A program made the translations under genes and the position numbers. Shown piece by piece: positions 1 through 10,790 of a stretch of DNA of 64,000 nucleotides; position 1 is the stretch's first letter, and every line of letters starts with the position of its first letter. The notes beneath the pieces were generated by a model that made no database searches, was not told the DNA's origin, and saw only the letters and a program-made list of their open reading frames with translations. This stretch comes from Longimicrobiales bacterium (GTDB lineage: Bacteria > Gemmatimonadota > Gemmatimonadetes > Longimicrobiales > Gaopeijiaceae): NCBI GenBank assembly GCA_965238005.1, contig OZ250165.1:3488001-3552000 (forward strand), given 5' to 3'.

Positions 1-138
1 CAGAGTGGTGATCCAGAACAGCCTCGGGTGGGAGAACGCCAGGCCGGTGAACAGAAGAAAGACGAAGGAAAGGCCAACGACCCAGTGCAAGACTCGCTCA
101 GCGTAGGTGAAGCGCTGAATCTCCCCCTGGGCGCTCAT
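1..138 (-). CDS. fdnI: Formate dehydrogenase gamma subunit (cytochrome b556), 5' part; runs off the window edge
   Basis: Hand translation from ATG at 138: MSAQGEIQRFTYAERVLHWVVGLSFVFLLFTGLAFSHPRLFWITTL (RF..ER..HW plus a TM helix). ATGA overlap with the fdnH stop. Not in the ORF track. Confidence 0.88.
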   Translation of the reverse strand, partial: MSAQGEIQRFTYAERVLHWVVGLSFVFLLFTGLAFSHPRLFWITTL

Positions 139-1130
139 GCGTCGCCTCCCACGTCACCTCCCACGCCGCGGCCATCTCCGTGGGCACCCGCTCCGGAGCC
201 CGACCCGACTCCCGATCCGGCCCCGGCGGGCTCGGCCGGCGGAACTCCCGGCCCGGAGTCGAGGTCGGCGTGCTCGGGCTCCGGCTCTTGAGGTCCGAAC
301 CCGAGATAGTGAAGGGCCGTGACAAGGAGCCCGATGCCCAGTGCCGAGGCGCCGAGCTGCCTGAGCCCCACGAGGGCGGCTAGCGCGCCGGGGCTCGCCG
401 TGGGATCCGCCGGCAGATCGTACTCGTCGAGCTGATCGCCGTGGGGCACCACGTACATCATGTGGGTCCCGCCCACACCCGCCGGATCATAGAGGGTGGC
501 GTGCTCGAAGCCACGGGCCTGCAGCCCCTCTACCTTCTTGGCCGCCAGCGCCTGCATGTCCTCCTTGGTCCCCCAAGAGATCGCGTCGGTTGGACACGTC
601 TTCACACACGCGGGCTCGAGGCCCGCTTCCACCCGGTCGACGCACATGTTGCACTTGTAGACCTTGCGGGTCGCCGGATTGAAGCGCGGGATGTCGAACG
701 GGCAGCCGGACACGCACATCTGACACCCGATGCACTGATCCTGATTGAAGTCGACGATCCCGTTCTCGTACTGGACGATGGCTCCGGGGGCGGGGCACGC
801 GTACAGGCACCCGGGCTCTTCGCAGTGGAGGCAGGCGTCCTTCTTGATGAGCCACTGGAGGTCGCCCCCCACCTCGATCTCGTTGAAGCGCATGAGGAGC
901 CAGGTGTCGGGCGACAGGTCCCGGTGGCTCTGCATGCTGCCGAAGTTCTCCGTGGGCTCCACTCCGAGCTCGTTCCACTCCTTGCACGCCACCTCGCAGC
1001 CCTTGCAGCCGATGCAGCGCGAGATGTCCACGAGCTTCGAGTACTCGGGACCCCGCCGGATTCCCGGCGCCGGATCGGGCGATGCGGAGATCCGCTTGAT
1101 GGCGAGACCGTTTTGCGGAAGCTGGGCCAT
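135..1130 (-). CDS. fdnH: Formate dehydrogenase beta (4Fe-4S) subunit
   Basis: CIGCKGCEVAC, CLHCEEPGC, CIGCQMC and CNMC..C motifs; C-terminal TM anchor; TGATG overlap with the fdnG stop. Confidence 0.93.
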   Translation of the reverse strand: MAQLPQNGLAIKRISASPDPAPGIRRGPEYSKLVDISRCIGCKGCEVACKEWNELGVEPTENFGSMQSHRDLSPDTWLLMRFNEIEVGGDLQWLIKKDACLHCEEPGCLYACPAPGAIVQYENGIVDFNQDQCIGCQMCVSGCPFDIPRFNPATRKVYKCNMCVDRVEAGLEPACVKTCPTDAISWGTKEDMQALAAKKVEGLQARGFEHATLYDPAGVGGTHMMYVVPHGDQLDEYDLPADPTASPGALAALVGLRQLGASALGIGLLVTALHYLGFGPQEPEPEHADLDSGPGVPPAEPAGAGSGVGSGSGAGAHGDGRGVGGDVGGDA

Positions 1131-4120
1131 CACACCTTCTCCAGATTCACGAGGAAGGCCTTGAACTCGGGGCAGCTGGTGTTCGCGTCACCGACGAAGG
1201 GCGTGAGGTTGTTGGCCATGGATCCGGTGGTGATCCCCTTGAATCCCCAGTGGACCGGAATGCCGACCGTCCAGCACTTCTTGCCGTTCACGGTCAGGGG
1301 CTTGATGCGCTTGGTGACCACGGCCACCCCCTCCACCTCCCCGCGCTTGGACCACACCCGGACCCGCCCTCCGTTCTCGATCCCCTTCTCGGCGGCGAGT
1401 CCTTCGGGCACCTCGACGAAGAAGTCGGGCATGAGCTCCACGAGGTACGGAACGTGTGACGTCACGAAGTGCTCCCGCTCCACGACCCGGTAGACGGTAC
1501 AGGCGTAGGGATACCCGTCGCTAGGCTTGGCCAGCGTCTCCCGCACCCCGTCGTACCAGCGGATGAGCGGGTTGGTGGGAACCTCTTCGTGGAGGATGTT
1601 GGGGGTGGGGCTCTCGACGGGTTCGTAGTGTTCGGAGAACGGCCCGTCCACCAGGTAGGTGGTGAAAAGCCGTGCGACGCCCTCCTCGGTCATGATGAAT
1701 GCGCCCGCCTGGTCGGGCGGGGTCGTCGGGCCGTAGTCCGGCACGTCGCCGATCCACTTGCGGCCAGTCCACCGGATGCCCGAGCGGTTCGAGTCCCAGG
1801 GCACCCCGTCCCCGTCGGCCGAGGCCCGGTTGTAGAGGACCCGCCGGTTCATGGGCCAGCTGAACGCCCAGTCGTGGTGGTAGCCCATCCCGCTGGGATC
1901 GTCGGTCCCCCGGCGGGCCATCATGTTTCCTTCCTCAGTGAAGCTCCCGGTGTAGAGCCAGTTGCCCGAGCTGGTGGTGCCGTCGTCCCGGAGTTGGCCG
2001 AACGACGACAGCAGCCGGCCTGTGCTCAGGTCGTAGCCGTTGATCTCCATGGCCAGCTCCTCGAGGATGGGCTCCCGTGGGTTCAGATAGTTCCACTGGA
2101 GGTTGAGCAGGGGCTCATGGTAGGCGCCGCCCTCCTCTTCATAGAGCTCCCTCACACGCCAGAAGAGCTCCGAGAGTATCCAGGTGTCCGAGCGCACTCC
2201 GTCGGGGGCTTCGATGGCCTGTTCCTTCCACTGGGCCCATCGGCCCGAGTTGGTGAAGGAGCCGCTCCGCTCCACCCAATGCGTCGCCGGAAGGTAGAGG
2301 ACCTCGGTGTCGATCTCGCTCGGATCCACGTCCGGGGCTCGCCAGAACTCGGCCGAGTCCAGCATGAACGGATCGATGACCACCTTCCACTTCAGATTCG
2401 CCATGGCCCGGAGGAGCCGCGGGACGTCGGGCCCAGCCAGCAGCGGGTTGAAGCCCAGAGCGACCAGCCCCTCGAGGCGGCCCTGGTGGGCCTGGTCCCA
2501 CATGGAGAGCCAGGTGGCGTCGTCGGCCGGCTTGCCCAGGTAGTGGTAGCCGAACTCGTTCTGGGGTCCCACCGCGTCGCCGAACCAGGCCTTGAGCTGG
2601 GAGACCAGGAAGCGGGGGTAGTTGCCCCAGTAGTTGACGGTGTCGGGGACCAGCGGGCGTGGCGTCGACTCGCGCAGGTGCGTGGCCAGCGACGACTGGC
2701 CGGGATTGGGCACGTGCAGATAGCCGGGAAGGATGCCGGCCACGATGGCGTGGTCCGTGGCTCCCTGGACGTTGGCGTGACCCCGGAGCGCGTTGATGCC
2801 CCCACCTGGTCGGCCGATGTTGCCGAGGATGAGCTGGAGGATGGCGGCGGTGCGGATGATCTGGCTCCCCACCGTGTGCATGGTCCAGCCCACCGCGTAC
2901 ATGATGGTCCCCACCCGGTCGGCCGTCCCGGTGGAGCAGACGATGTCCGCCATGGCGAGGAACTGCTCGGCGGAGCACCCGGCGATCTGCGCCACCACCT
3001 CCGGCGTGTAGCGGCTGTAGTGGCTCTTCAGGAGCTGGAAGACGCAGCGCGGGTGCTGGAGCGTCATGTCCCGGCGCACGAAGCCGTCGGCACCGCGCTC
3101 GTACTCCCAGGCCGTCCGGTCGTAGGCACCTTGGGCCTGGTCAAAGCCCGCGAAGAGCCCGTTCTCGAAGCCGTAGCCCTCCTCGATGAGGAAGGAGGCG
3201 TTGGTGTGGAGCCGGACGTAGTCCTCGTGGAAGAGGCCCTCGTCCAGCACCTTGTGGATCATCCCACCGAGGATCGCGATGTCCGAGCCCGGACGGATCT
3301 GGAGATGGTGGTCGGCCACAGCCGACGTGCGGGTGAAGCGCGGATCTACGGTGACGAGCTTAGCGCCCCGGTCGTCTCTGGCCTCCAGTGCCCACTTGAA
3401 CCCGCAGGGATGGTTCTCCGCGGGGTTGGCCCCCATGACCAGGACCACGTCCGTGTTCTTGATGTCCTTCCAATGGTTGGTCATGGCGCCCCGACCGAAC
3501 GTTGCGGCCAAACTGGCCACTGTGGGGCTGTGTCATATTCGGGCCTGATGATCGATGTAGACCAGGCCCATGGCGCGCATGGTCTTGGTGATGAGGTAGG
3601 CGTCCTCGTTGGCCACCGTGGCGCTGCCCACCCAGCCGATGCCCTCGCAGCGGTTGACCGTCCGGCCCTGCTCGTCCCGCTCCACGAAGGTGGCGTCTCG
3701 CGAGTCCTTGAACTTCCGGGCGAACCACTCCATGGCCCAGTCCCAGGTGACCTCGGTCCACTCCGACGCTCCCGCCGCCCGATGGCGGGGCCCCTTCTCG
3801 AGCCGGGGGCTCATGGCGAGCTGCATCTGGGCTGCGCCCTTGGGACACAACGTGCCGCCGTTGATGGGGCTGTCCGGATCGCCCTCCACGTGGATGATGG
3901 AGTTCACCGTGTTCAGGCCACCGCTCCCGTGCACGTATGCGATGGCCCCGCAGCCCACCGCGCAGTACGGGCACACGGTCTTGTACTCCCGTGCGTTGGA
4001 GATCTTGAGCTCACGGGAGGCAGCGTAGGCGGGCTTCAGGTCGAAGCCCAGGGTGCTGATGAGCGTGCCCCCTCCGGCGAGGGCGGAGAACTTGAGGAGG
4101 TCTCTCCGAGAGATGTCCAT
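1130..4120 (-). CDS. fdnG: Formate dehydrogenase-N type alpha subunit; Tat-exported molybdo/tungsto-selenoprotein (Sec UGA at 3535-3533)
   Basis: ORFs 3533-4240 and 1130-3520 are in one frame: HQARI-TGA-HSPTVASLAATFGRGAMTNHW. Tat signal MDISRRDLLK with a GGAGG RBS; CPYCAVGC Fe-S motif; ALRGHANVQG motif. Confidence 0.95.
3504..3535 (-). promoter_or_regulatory. Bacterial SECIS element of fdnG
   Basis: UGA, then 12 nt, then hairpin GUGGCCA-GUU-UGGCCGC. The loop G/U fall at positions 23/24 counting the U of UGA as 1, as in E. coli fdhF. Confidence 0.88.
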
Positions 4121-4507
4121 GGCCGGCGTCCTCCTCCCCACGTGCGTGGCGGGTCCGGGGCAGTGCTGTGGCGCTGGACTGATAATAGGGAGAGCGCGGG
4201 CCGCGCGCCAAACCTCCCGATTGGCGTTTCCCCTCCTCAAGCGTATTGTGTCCGCCGAAAACCCTCCGGCGCGACCGCCGAAGCGACCTGGAGCCCCTCA
4301 GGACGATCCTGCCGAGCTATTCGGAGCCACGCACCACGCCTGGTTCGGACGTAGGCCGGCGGGATGACCTGCGAGCCGCACACGGTGTGGGCTCTGCAAC
4401 GTCACCTAGTGCTGCACAAAGCTCTGCCCCGAGGGTATCACGATCACCGACAACGCCATCATTCCGCTCAAGGAGGGGTCGTTGTGGGACGTTCGAAGGA
4501 TTGATCT

Positions 4508-5011
4508 ATGGAATTCGAGCTGAAAGCCATCTCGCCGGACAGTATCGAGGCGGCGAAGGAGAAGGCGGTCCGATACCGGCTACTGAACGAGCCGGCCCTA
4601 GCCGAGAGTATCTGTCGCGACGTCCTGGCGGTCGCGCCCGACGATCGTGAGGCCGGGATCACCCTCCTCCTGGCCCTCACCGACCAGTTCACGTCTCCCA
4701 GGGGATCCCGGGTTCGTGAGGCGACCGAGCTCGTGGAGCACCTCGAGAGCGAGTACGACAGGCGCTACTACTCGGGCATGATCTGCGAGCGTCGAGGCCT
4801 GGCGTCCCTGACCCATGCGGGACCGGGCTCGGGGCCCATCGCCTACGACTGGCTGCGTAGGGCCATGGACCACTACGAGTCGGCCGACGACGTTGGGTCC
4901 GAAGGCAACGAGGAGGCGCTCCTGCGCTGGAACACGTGCGCCCGGGTGATCATGCGCGACCGCAACATCCGGCCTCTGCCGGATGAGCGGGTCAATACGA
5001 TGCTGGAGTAG
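4508..5011 (+). CDS. Hypothetical all-helical (TPR-like) protein
   Basis: 167-aa ORF with protein-like composition ([20 protein letters not shown]); divergent from fdnG. Confidence 0.7.
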   Translation: MEFELKAISPDSIEAAKEKAVRYRLLNEPALAESICRDVLAVAPDDREAGITLLLALTDQFTSPRGSRVREATELVEHLESEYDRRYYSGMICERRGLASLTHAGPGSGPIAYDWLRRAMDHYESADDVGSEGNEEALLRWNTCARVIMRDRNIRPLPDERVNTMLE

Positions 5012-5035
5012 CGCCCTCACGAGCGCACCCGTACA

Positions 5036-5428
5036 CTACGCTTCTCCTGCGCTCAGGTGCTGTAAATCGAACACCGCAGCGGCCGCCACGCCGCCCAGGA
5101 TAGGCCCCACCAATATAGATCCACAGGCTGGCCAGGGACCCGTCACCGGCGAAGGAATCGACGAGGATCGGGCCCGTTCCCACCGCCGGATTGAAGACGC
5201 CGCCCGAAACAGGTCCTACGGCGAAGGCGCCCACCATGACCGTGAATCCGATGGCGAGACCATAGAAGGAGTTACCGGCGGTGGCGTTGTCCGTGGCCAC
5301 GTTCAGGACGACGATGGCCAAAGCCGACCCGATTGCCAGAGGAGCGAAGGGCGTCCCGTCCAGCACCGTCAGGCCGATGGTGAGTACAGAAAGAAGGTTC
5401 CGATGGCTTCGGTCAGGTAACGGCTCAT
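5036..5428 (-). pseudogene. Aquaporin/MIP family pseudogene (internal deletion and two frameshifts)
   Basis: [14 protein letters not shown] shifts frame into [35 protein letters not shown]. Only one NPA motif; about 130 codons, roughly half an aquaporin. Confidence 0.85.
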
Positions 5429-5584
5429 GGTACGGATGCTCCATCCTTGAGGGGGTGTGCGAGTCTCCTCCGTCCCGGACACGGACTGCGCGGCGGGGAT
5501 CGAGTGGGCAGTTTGCGCGCCGGCCCGTTGCCCGGCAACCTTCGGCATGAAGCCATCGTCTGCAAGCCTAGCGCGGGTCTCAGC

Positions 5585-6736
5585 GTGCTCAAGTTCGGCG
5601 GCACGTCGCTCGCCGACGTCGCGCTCGTCAGGAGGGTCGCCGCCATCGTGGCGGCACAGTCTGCCAGCGGTCCCACCGTCGCGGTCGTATCCGCCTTCGG
5701 GGGTGTCACCGACGACCTGGCCGACGCCGCGGCCTGGGCCGAGCAAGGCGATGCCCGCTCCGCCGAGAAGCTGGAGCAGATCAGGGAGCGTCACCGAGAC
5801 GGCGCCGCGGAGCTGGTGTCGGAGGGCGAGCTAGTCGCCGTGACCGAGGCCGTGGAGGCGCTCCTGGACCGGCTGGAGGAGCTTCTTCAGGGCATTTCCC
5901 TCGTCAAGGAGTGCAGTCCGCGCACCAGGGACAGCGTCCTCAGCATCGGCGAGCGCCTCTCGTCGATCCTCGTGGCAGCGGCCCTCAGGGTCCAGGGGAC
6001 GGACGCCGCACCGTGCGACGCGGCGAACCTCATACTGACGGATGCGAACTTCGGGCGTGCATGGGTGGACATGGAGGCGAGCCGCTCCCGGGTACTAGAG
6101 CACTCGGTCGGGGCAGGTATTCCCGTTCTGCGGACCATCGAGGACCTGGTCTCCACCGGCGACACCATCCAGAGCATCGAGGGGGTCCTCTCAGGCACCT
6201 TGAGCTTCATCTGCGACCGCCTCATGGTGGGCACGCCCTTCAGCGCGGCCCTGCGGGAGGCCGACGAACGCGGCTTCACCGAGCCCGACCCCCGGGAAGA
6301 CCTGGGCGGCCGGGACGTGGCGCGGAAGCTCGTGATCCTGGGGCGCATGGCGGGCTTCTCGCTGGAGATGGACGACGTGGAGGTAGAGCCGCTCCTCCCG
6401 GACGCGCCGTGGGTGACGGGGCCGCTGGAGGCCTTCTGGGAGAAGCTCCCCGAGGTGGACGCGGAGTTCGACGAGCGCCGCGCGGCCGCGGTGGCCGACG
6501 ACACGGCACTCGTCTACCTGGCCTCGGTGGAGGACGGCCGAGCCACCGTGCGCATGACGGGCGTGCCGGCCGACCACGCCTGCAGCGGACTCTCCATCAG
6601 TGAGAACCTGATAGCCATCACCTCCCGCCGTTATGCGGAAACGCCGCTGGCGGTACGGGGTCCCGGCGCCGGTCCGGAGGTGACGGCGGCCGGAGTGTTC
6701 GCTGACGTCCTCCGGGCTCTGGCGGAATCGTCATGA
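5585..6736 (+). pseudogene. thrA: Bifunctional aspartokinase/homoserine dehydrogenase with a large in-frame internal deletion
   Basis: VLKFGGTS and VVSAFGGVTD (AK N-terminus) join at about 6100 directly to VGAGIPV..IEGVLSGTL..TEPDPREDLGGRDVARKL..GPGAGPEVTA (HSDH C-terminus). The true start is uncertain; the frame is open from 5447. Confidence 0.85.
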
Positions 6737-7683
6737 GCGACGCGACCCAGGTCCGAGCCTTCGCGCCGGCCACCGTGGGAAACGTCCTGTGCGGTTTCGA
6801 CGTCTTCGGCTTGGCCCTCGAGCGCCCCGGCGACGTGGTCGAGGCCCGGCGGCGCTCCGCGCCTGGGGTGGCGATTACGGCGATCCACGGGGACGGGGGG
6901 CGGCTTCCCACCGATCCGGACCACAACGTCGTGGGCGTGGCCGCGGTAGCCGTGATCGAGGCGGCGGGATTGGAGGGGGTGGGAGTCGAGCTCGAGGTGT
7001 GGAAGGGCCTGCCCCTGGCGGGCGGGATGGGAGGCAGCGCCGCTAGCTCGGTGGCGGCCGTGGTGGCCACGAACGCCCTCCTCGGCGCCGGGCTGAGCAA
7101 GGAGGACCAGCTGCTCTGCACGCTGGAGGGGGAGCGGCGGGCCGCCGGAGTCACCCACTCGGACAACAGCGCCCCTTCCCTTCACGGAGGCATCGTCATG
7201 GTGCGGCCCGAGCGGCCCGGTGTGGCCATCCCGCTCCCCGTGCCGGACGGCCTCTCGGTAGCGCTGGTCCACCCTCCCTTGGAGCTGGAGACGGAGGCGA
7301 TGCGGCAATCTCTCCCAAAGGAGGTGCCCCTCGAGCGGGCTATAGCCCAGTGGGCCAACTGCGCCGCCCTCGTCGTTGGTCTGTACGAGGAGGACTGGGA
7401 GCTCGTGGGCCGAGCGCTGGTGGATGAGATCGCGGCGCCACACCGGACCCCCCACGTGCCCGGATTCAGTGAGGTCTGCTCCGCGGCCCTGGAGGCGGGC
7501 GCGGTGGGCGCGGGCCTGTCCGGATCCGGCCCTTCTATATTCGCGCTCGGTCGGAGCATCGGCGATGCCACCGCCGCCGCGGACGCCATGACGCACGCCT
7601 TCTCGCAGGTGGGGCTGGACGGCGCCGACCGCTATGTATCCCTGGTGGGGAGTGGTGCACGCGTCGTCGAGGACCTCCCTTGA
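6733..7683 (+). CDS. thrB: Homoserine kinase
   Basis: APATVGNV.CGFDVFG; GHMP motif PLAGGMGGSAAS; SGSGPS; ATGA-coupled to thrA. Confidence 0.95.
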   Translation: MSDATQVRAFAPATVGNVLCGFDVFGLALERPGDVVEARRRSAPGVAITAIHGDGGRLPTDPDHNVVGVAAVAVIEAAGLEGVGVELEVWKGLPLAGGMGGSAASSVAAVVATNALLGAGLSKEDQLLCTLEGERRAAGVTHSDNSAPSLHGGIVMVRPERPGVAIPLPVPDGLSVALVHPPLELETEAMRQSLPKEVPLERAIAQWANCAALVVGLYEEDWELVGRALVDEIAAPHRTPHVPGFSEVCSAALEAGAVGAGLSGSGPSIFALGRSIGDATAAADAMTHAFSQVGLDGADRYVSLVGSGARVVEDLP

Positions 7684-8975
7684 GGCTCCTGAGCACCAAC
7701 GGACGAGCTCCCGCCACCGACCTGGGAACCGCGCTGCTGGAAGGACTCGCGCCCGACGGCGGCCTTTACCTGCCCGAACGGTTCACACCCATAGCGGACG
7801 GGACGCTTAAGGGCCTGCGGGGCCGGTCCTTCTCGGAAGTAGCGAGGGAGGTGGCGCGCCACCTCATGGGGGCCGAAATCGCCCCGTCCGACGTGGACGC
7901 TCTGGTGGAGTCGGCGCTGGACTTCCCCGTGCCCCTCGTGGAGCTGGAGCCGGACGTCTACGTCCTCGAACTCTTCCACGGACCGACCTTGGCCTTCAAG
8001 GACGTGGGAGCTCGCTTCATGGCGAGACTCCTAAGGCATGTCCGAGAGGAAGGCGAAGAGGCGCTCACGGTCCTGGTGGCCACGTCCGGCGACACAGGCA
8101 GCGCGGTGGCCCACGCGTTCCTCGACGCGGCAGGCGTCCGGACCGTCGTCCTCTTTCCTAGCGGAAAGGTCAGCGCGCTACAGGAGCGGCAGTTCACAAC
8201 CCTGGGCGGCAACGTCCGCGCCCTTGAAGTCGACGGCACCTTCGACGATTGCCAGCGGCTGGTGAAAGACGCATTCGCGGACGAGGAGCTCAGGGCTCAG
8301 GTTCGCCTCACCTCGGCCAACTCCATCAATGTCGGCCGTCTTCTTCCGCAGATCTTCTACTACGTCCACGCGTGGGCCCAACTCCCGAAGGGGCTTCCTC
8401 CCGTCTTCTCCGTCCCGTCCGGCAACTTCGGGAACCTCACGGGCGGGCTCATCGCGAAGAGGCTGGGGCTCCCGACCCGCGGGTTCGTGGCGGCCACGAA
8501 CGTGAACGACACGGTGCCCGAATACCTATGTACCGGGGTGGTAAGGCCCCGGGCCTCCGTACAGACGATATCGAACGCCATGGACGTAGGAGACCCGAGC
8601 AACCTGGCTCGCATCCTTGCGCTCTACGACGACGACCTGAGCCGCCTCAGCGCCCACGTGGTGGGAAGCGTTCACGACGATCACGAGACCCGGCGGGCGA
8701 TCCGTGAGGTCTTCGAGGTGACGGGCTACGTGCTGGATCCCCACTCGGCCGTGGGCTACCTGGGTCTGGAGGCGGGCCGGGTGGCCTTCGGAGACGGGCC
8801 CTCAGTGTCTCTGGCCACGGCCCACCCGGCGAAATTTCGGGAAGCGGTAGAAGCAGAGATCGGAGCACCCGTACCCGTGCCCGACCGGCTATCCGCCTGC
8901 TTGAAGGCGGAGCGTCACGTCACTCCGATGGGGGCACGACTCGCGGAGCTTCGGGAGCTGCTGCTGGAGGGATGA
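7680..8975 (+). CDS. thrC: Threonine synthase
   Basis: GLAPDGGLY, ELFHGPTLAFKD (PLP lysine), ATSGDTG, SANSIN, VPSGNFGN, TAHPAKF. Confidence 0.96.
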   Translation: MRLLSTNGRAPATDLGTALLEGLAPDGGLYLPERFTPIADGTLKGLRGRSFSEVAREVARHLMGAEIAPSDVDALVESALDFPVPLVELEPDVYVLELFHGPTLAFKDVGARFMARLLRHVREEGEEALTVLVATSGDTGSAVAHAFLDAAGVRTVVLFPSGKVSALQERQFTTLGGNVRALEVDGTFDDCQRLVKDAFADEELRAQVRLTSANSINVGRLLPQIFYYVHAWAQLPKGLPPVFSVPSGNFGNLTGGLIAKRLGLPTRGFVAATNVNDTVPEYLCTGVVRPRASVQTISNAMDVGDPSNLARILALYDDDLSRLSAHVVGSVHDDHETRRAIREVFEVTGYVLDPHSAVGYLGLEAGRVAFGDGPSVSLATAHPAKFREAVEAEIGAPVPVPDRLSACLKAERHVTPMGARLAELRELLLEG

Positions 8976-8980
8976 GCTGC

Positions 8981-9469
8981 TTATCGTCCCGTCGGTGCAT
9001 CAGGCCACAGCGGGAGAGCCCTCATGGTATTCCGATCCGGGGTGAGCTCCGCGGTCCCAGGCGGATATCCGTTGAGTTCGAGAATGTAGGCGACGATGTC
9101 GGTGTAGGTCTGAGCGGGCAGGCCTCCCGGATTATCGTCGGGCATGCTGTACGCGATGTTCCCGTACAGGTCCCGGACCGTCCGACCGCGCCACTGGCGC
9201 TCGAAGGCAGAGCCACGGAACTCGCTGGATGCGTGGCACGAGAGGCAGGTCTCTCTGAAGAAGCCCTCGCCTCGGGCCGCCTGATCGGCGGAGTAGTACC
9301 CGGGGAGGGCCGGGGGGGCTGCATCCGCTTCGGGGCTCATGTCCGCAGTGGTGGACGTCAATGGTCCGGGAGCGCTGGTGACGGTCCCCTCCGGGGTCGT
9401 GCCACAGCCGGAGAGTGCGAGCGCCGCCAGCATCGCCCAGGGCTCTATCAACCCCTTCAATCCCTTCAT
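8981..9469 (-). CDS. Monoheme cytochrome c lipoprotein
   Basis: Lipobox LSGC; heme motif CLSCH; distal Met in MPDDNPGGL. Confidence 0.85.
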   Translation of the reverse strand: MKGLKGLIEPWAMLAALALSGCGTTPEGTVTSAPGPLTSTTADMSPEADAAPPALPGYYSADQAARGEGFFRETCLSCHASSEFRGSAFERQWRGRTVRDLYGNIAYSMPDDNPGGLPAQTYTDIVAYILELNGYPPGTAELTPDRNTMRALPLWPDAPTGR

Positions 9470-9613
9470 GAACGTCCTTTTCAACGAGTCCCCAGACGTC
9501 ATGCCTACCACGGGTGGGGGCAAGGGTCCCTAGCTGACACACACGACAGCGTCAACGTTGAGGATCGACACCAACTGCCCGAGCACCGATGCCCACCGCT
9601 GAGGAAGACGGCA

Positions 9614-10069
9614 CTAAAGATCCGGCGGCACGCACCAGGTCAACTCCCATCTCCCTTCGCCACCCTCGAGGCAAACGATGCCGGCGTTGGTGAAGCGGAC
9701 GGGAGTCGCCTCAGGCGAGCCGGTCAGCAGAAATGCGGCTAGGCGGGCGAGGAACGGCAGGTGCCCCACGAGCATGACGGTGTCGTCCTCGCCGCCCAGC
9801 GCTTCGGCCACAGGCCGGACGTCGTCCAGGGGGGCCAATCCCGGCGCCACCTTCACCCCGAGCGCGGGCTGAAGGTGGTCGCCCAGGATCTCGGCCGTCT
9901 CGGCGGCTCTCCGCTTGCCACTGTGGCGGATCTCGTCGACTCCGAGACCCCGCTCCGCGGCCCAGGCTCCCATGCGGGAAACGGTGTCGGCCCCGTCGGG
10001 GCGGAGGGGTCTGTCGGGATCCTCGTCCTTCGACATGGCCACGCCGTGTTGAACGAGAAGAAGCCTCAT
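9614..10069 (-). CDS. sixA: Phosphohistidine phosphatase SixA
   Basis: LLLVQHG, DRPL, HSGKRRAAETA and VMLVGHLP motifs. Confidence 0.9.
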   Translation of the reverse strand: MRLLLVQHGVAMSKDEDPDRPLRPDGADTVSRMGAWAAERGLGVDEIRHSGKRRAAETAEILGDHLQPALGVKVAPGLAPLDDVRPVAEALGGEDDTVMLVGHLPFLARLAAFLLTGSPEATPVRFTNAGIVCLEGGEGRWELTWCVPPDL

Positions 10070-10483
10070 TCAGCCTTGCACGGGGGCGTCGAGGTTCCAG
10101 CAATCCGTGGCCAGACGCCAGCGGCCCCCCTCCTTGCGGTAGGTGGCCAACCACTTGCCCACCATCCGGGCCTCACCCTCATCCGTCTCCACAGTCATGT
10201 CGAACGCGTCTCGTAGCTCCGCATGGTCGGCGCGCCCGTCGGCGCCGTCGATGCTGGTTCTGAACCGGGTCATGGTCGGAAACGCCTCAAGAAAGTGGGC
10301 CACCGCCGTTTTGCCTATGACCGTCGGCTCGTCTGGAGGCAAGAAGACGACGTCATCCGTCAGCCGCTCCACCAGCGCGTCCCAGTCCCGGTCGAGGCAA
10401 TGACTGACCCACTCGTCGATATACGCCTCGAGAGCGTCCCTGTCCCCAGACGACAAGCCGATGGGTTGAGGTTGCACACTCAT
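10070..10483 (-). CDS. YybH/DUF4440 NTF2-like (SnoaL-fold) protein
   Basis: DWDALVERLTDDVVFLPP...GKWLATYRKEGGRWRL; GGAGGA RBS before the ATG at 10483. Confidence 0.8.
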   Translation of the reverse strand: MSVQPQPIGLSSGDRDALEAYIDEWVSHCLDRDWDALVERLTDDVVFLPPDEPTVIGKTAVAHFLEAFPTMTRFRTSIDGADGRADHAELRDAFDMTVETDEGEARMVGKWLATYRKEGGRWRLATDCWNLDAPVQG

Positions 10484-10790
10484 GATGTCCTCCTGATCGT
10501 GGGTTCCACATGGATCAACCGTGCCGGCCGAAATCCCTCTGCACGGAGGGTACTGCGGGGGTAGAGCGAGAACGGACTCAACGTAGAGACCGGTCCAGGG
10601 CGGAGCAACGTTTGGCCTACTTTGGCCATCCAATAGTCGGACCTCGGAAATCCGCGTCGGCATTCGGTGTGGAGGTCCCGAAACCGAAGGGATTCCGTTA
10701 ACGTATCAACCGTAGGATTTGCTGCGAGGCTTCTGCACCGAAGAGGAGTGGAGAGGCCTCGTTTTTCAGTAACCATTAGACGGGGAAACT

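Noticed and set aside
135..300. Gly/Ser/Ala-rich tail of FdnH as a repeat element
   Set aside because: A low-complexity coding tail with no regular nucleotide period.
4200..4340. Possible Moco/Wco riboswitch upstream of fdnG
   Set aside because: Only scattered words match (CUCCGA, CCUGAG, AGGGU); I could not build the conserved stems.
1469..4354. 961-aa plus-strand ORF and similar long antisense ORFs (e.g. 15694-17172, 37126-38511, 54655-56286)
   Set aside because: Shadow frames of real genes on the opposite strand, expected at high GC; no protein motifs.
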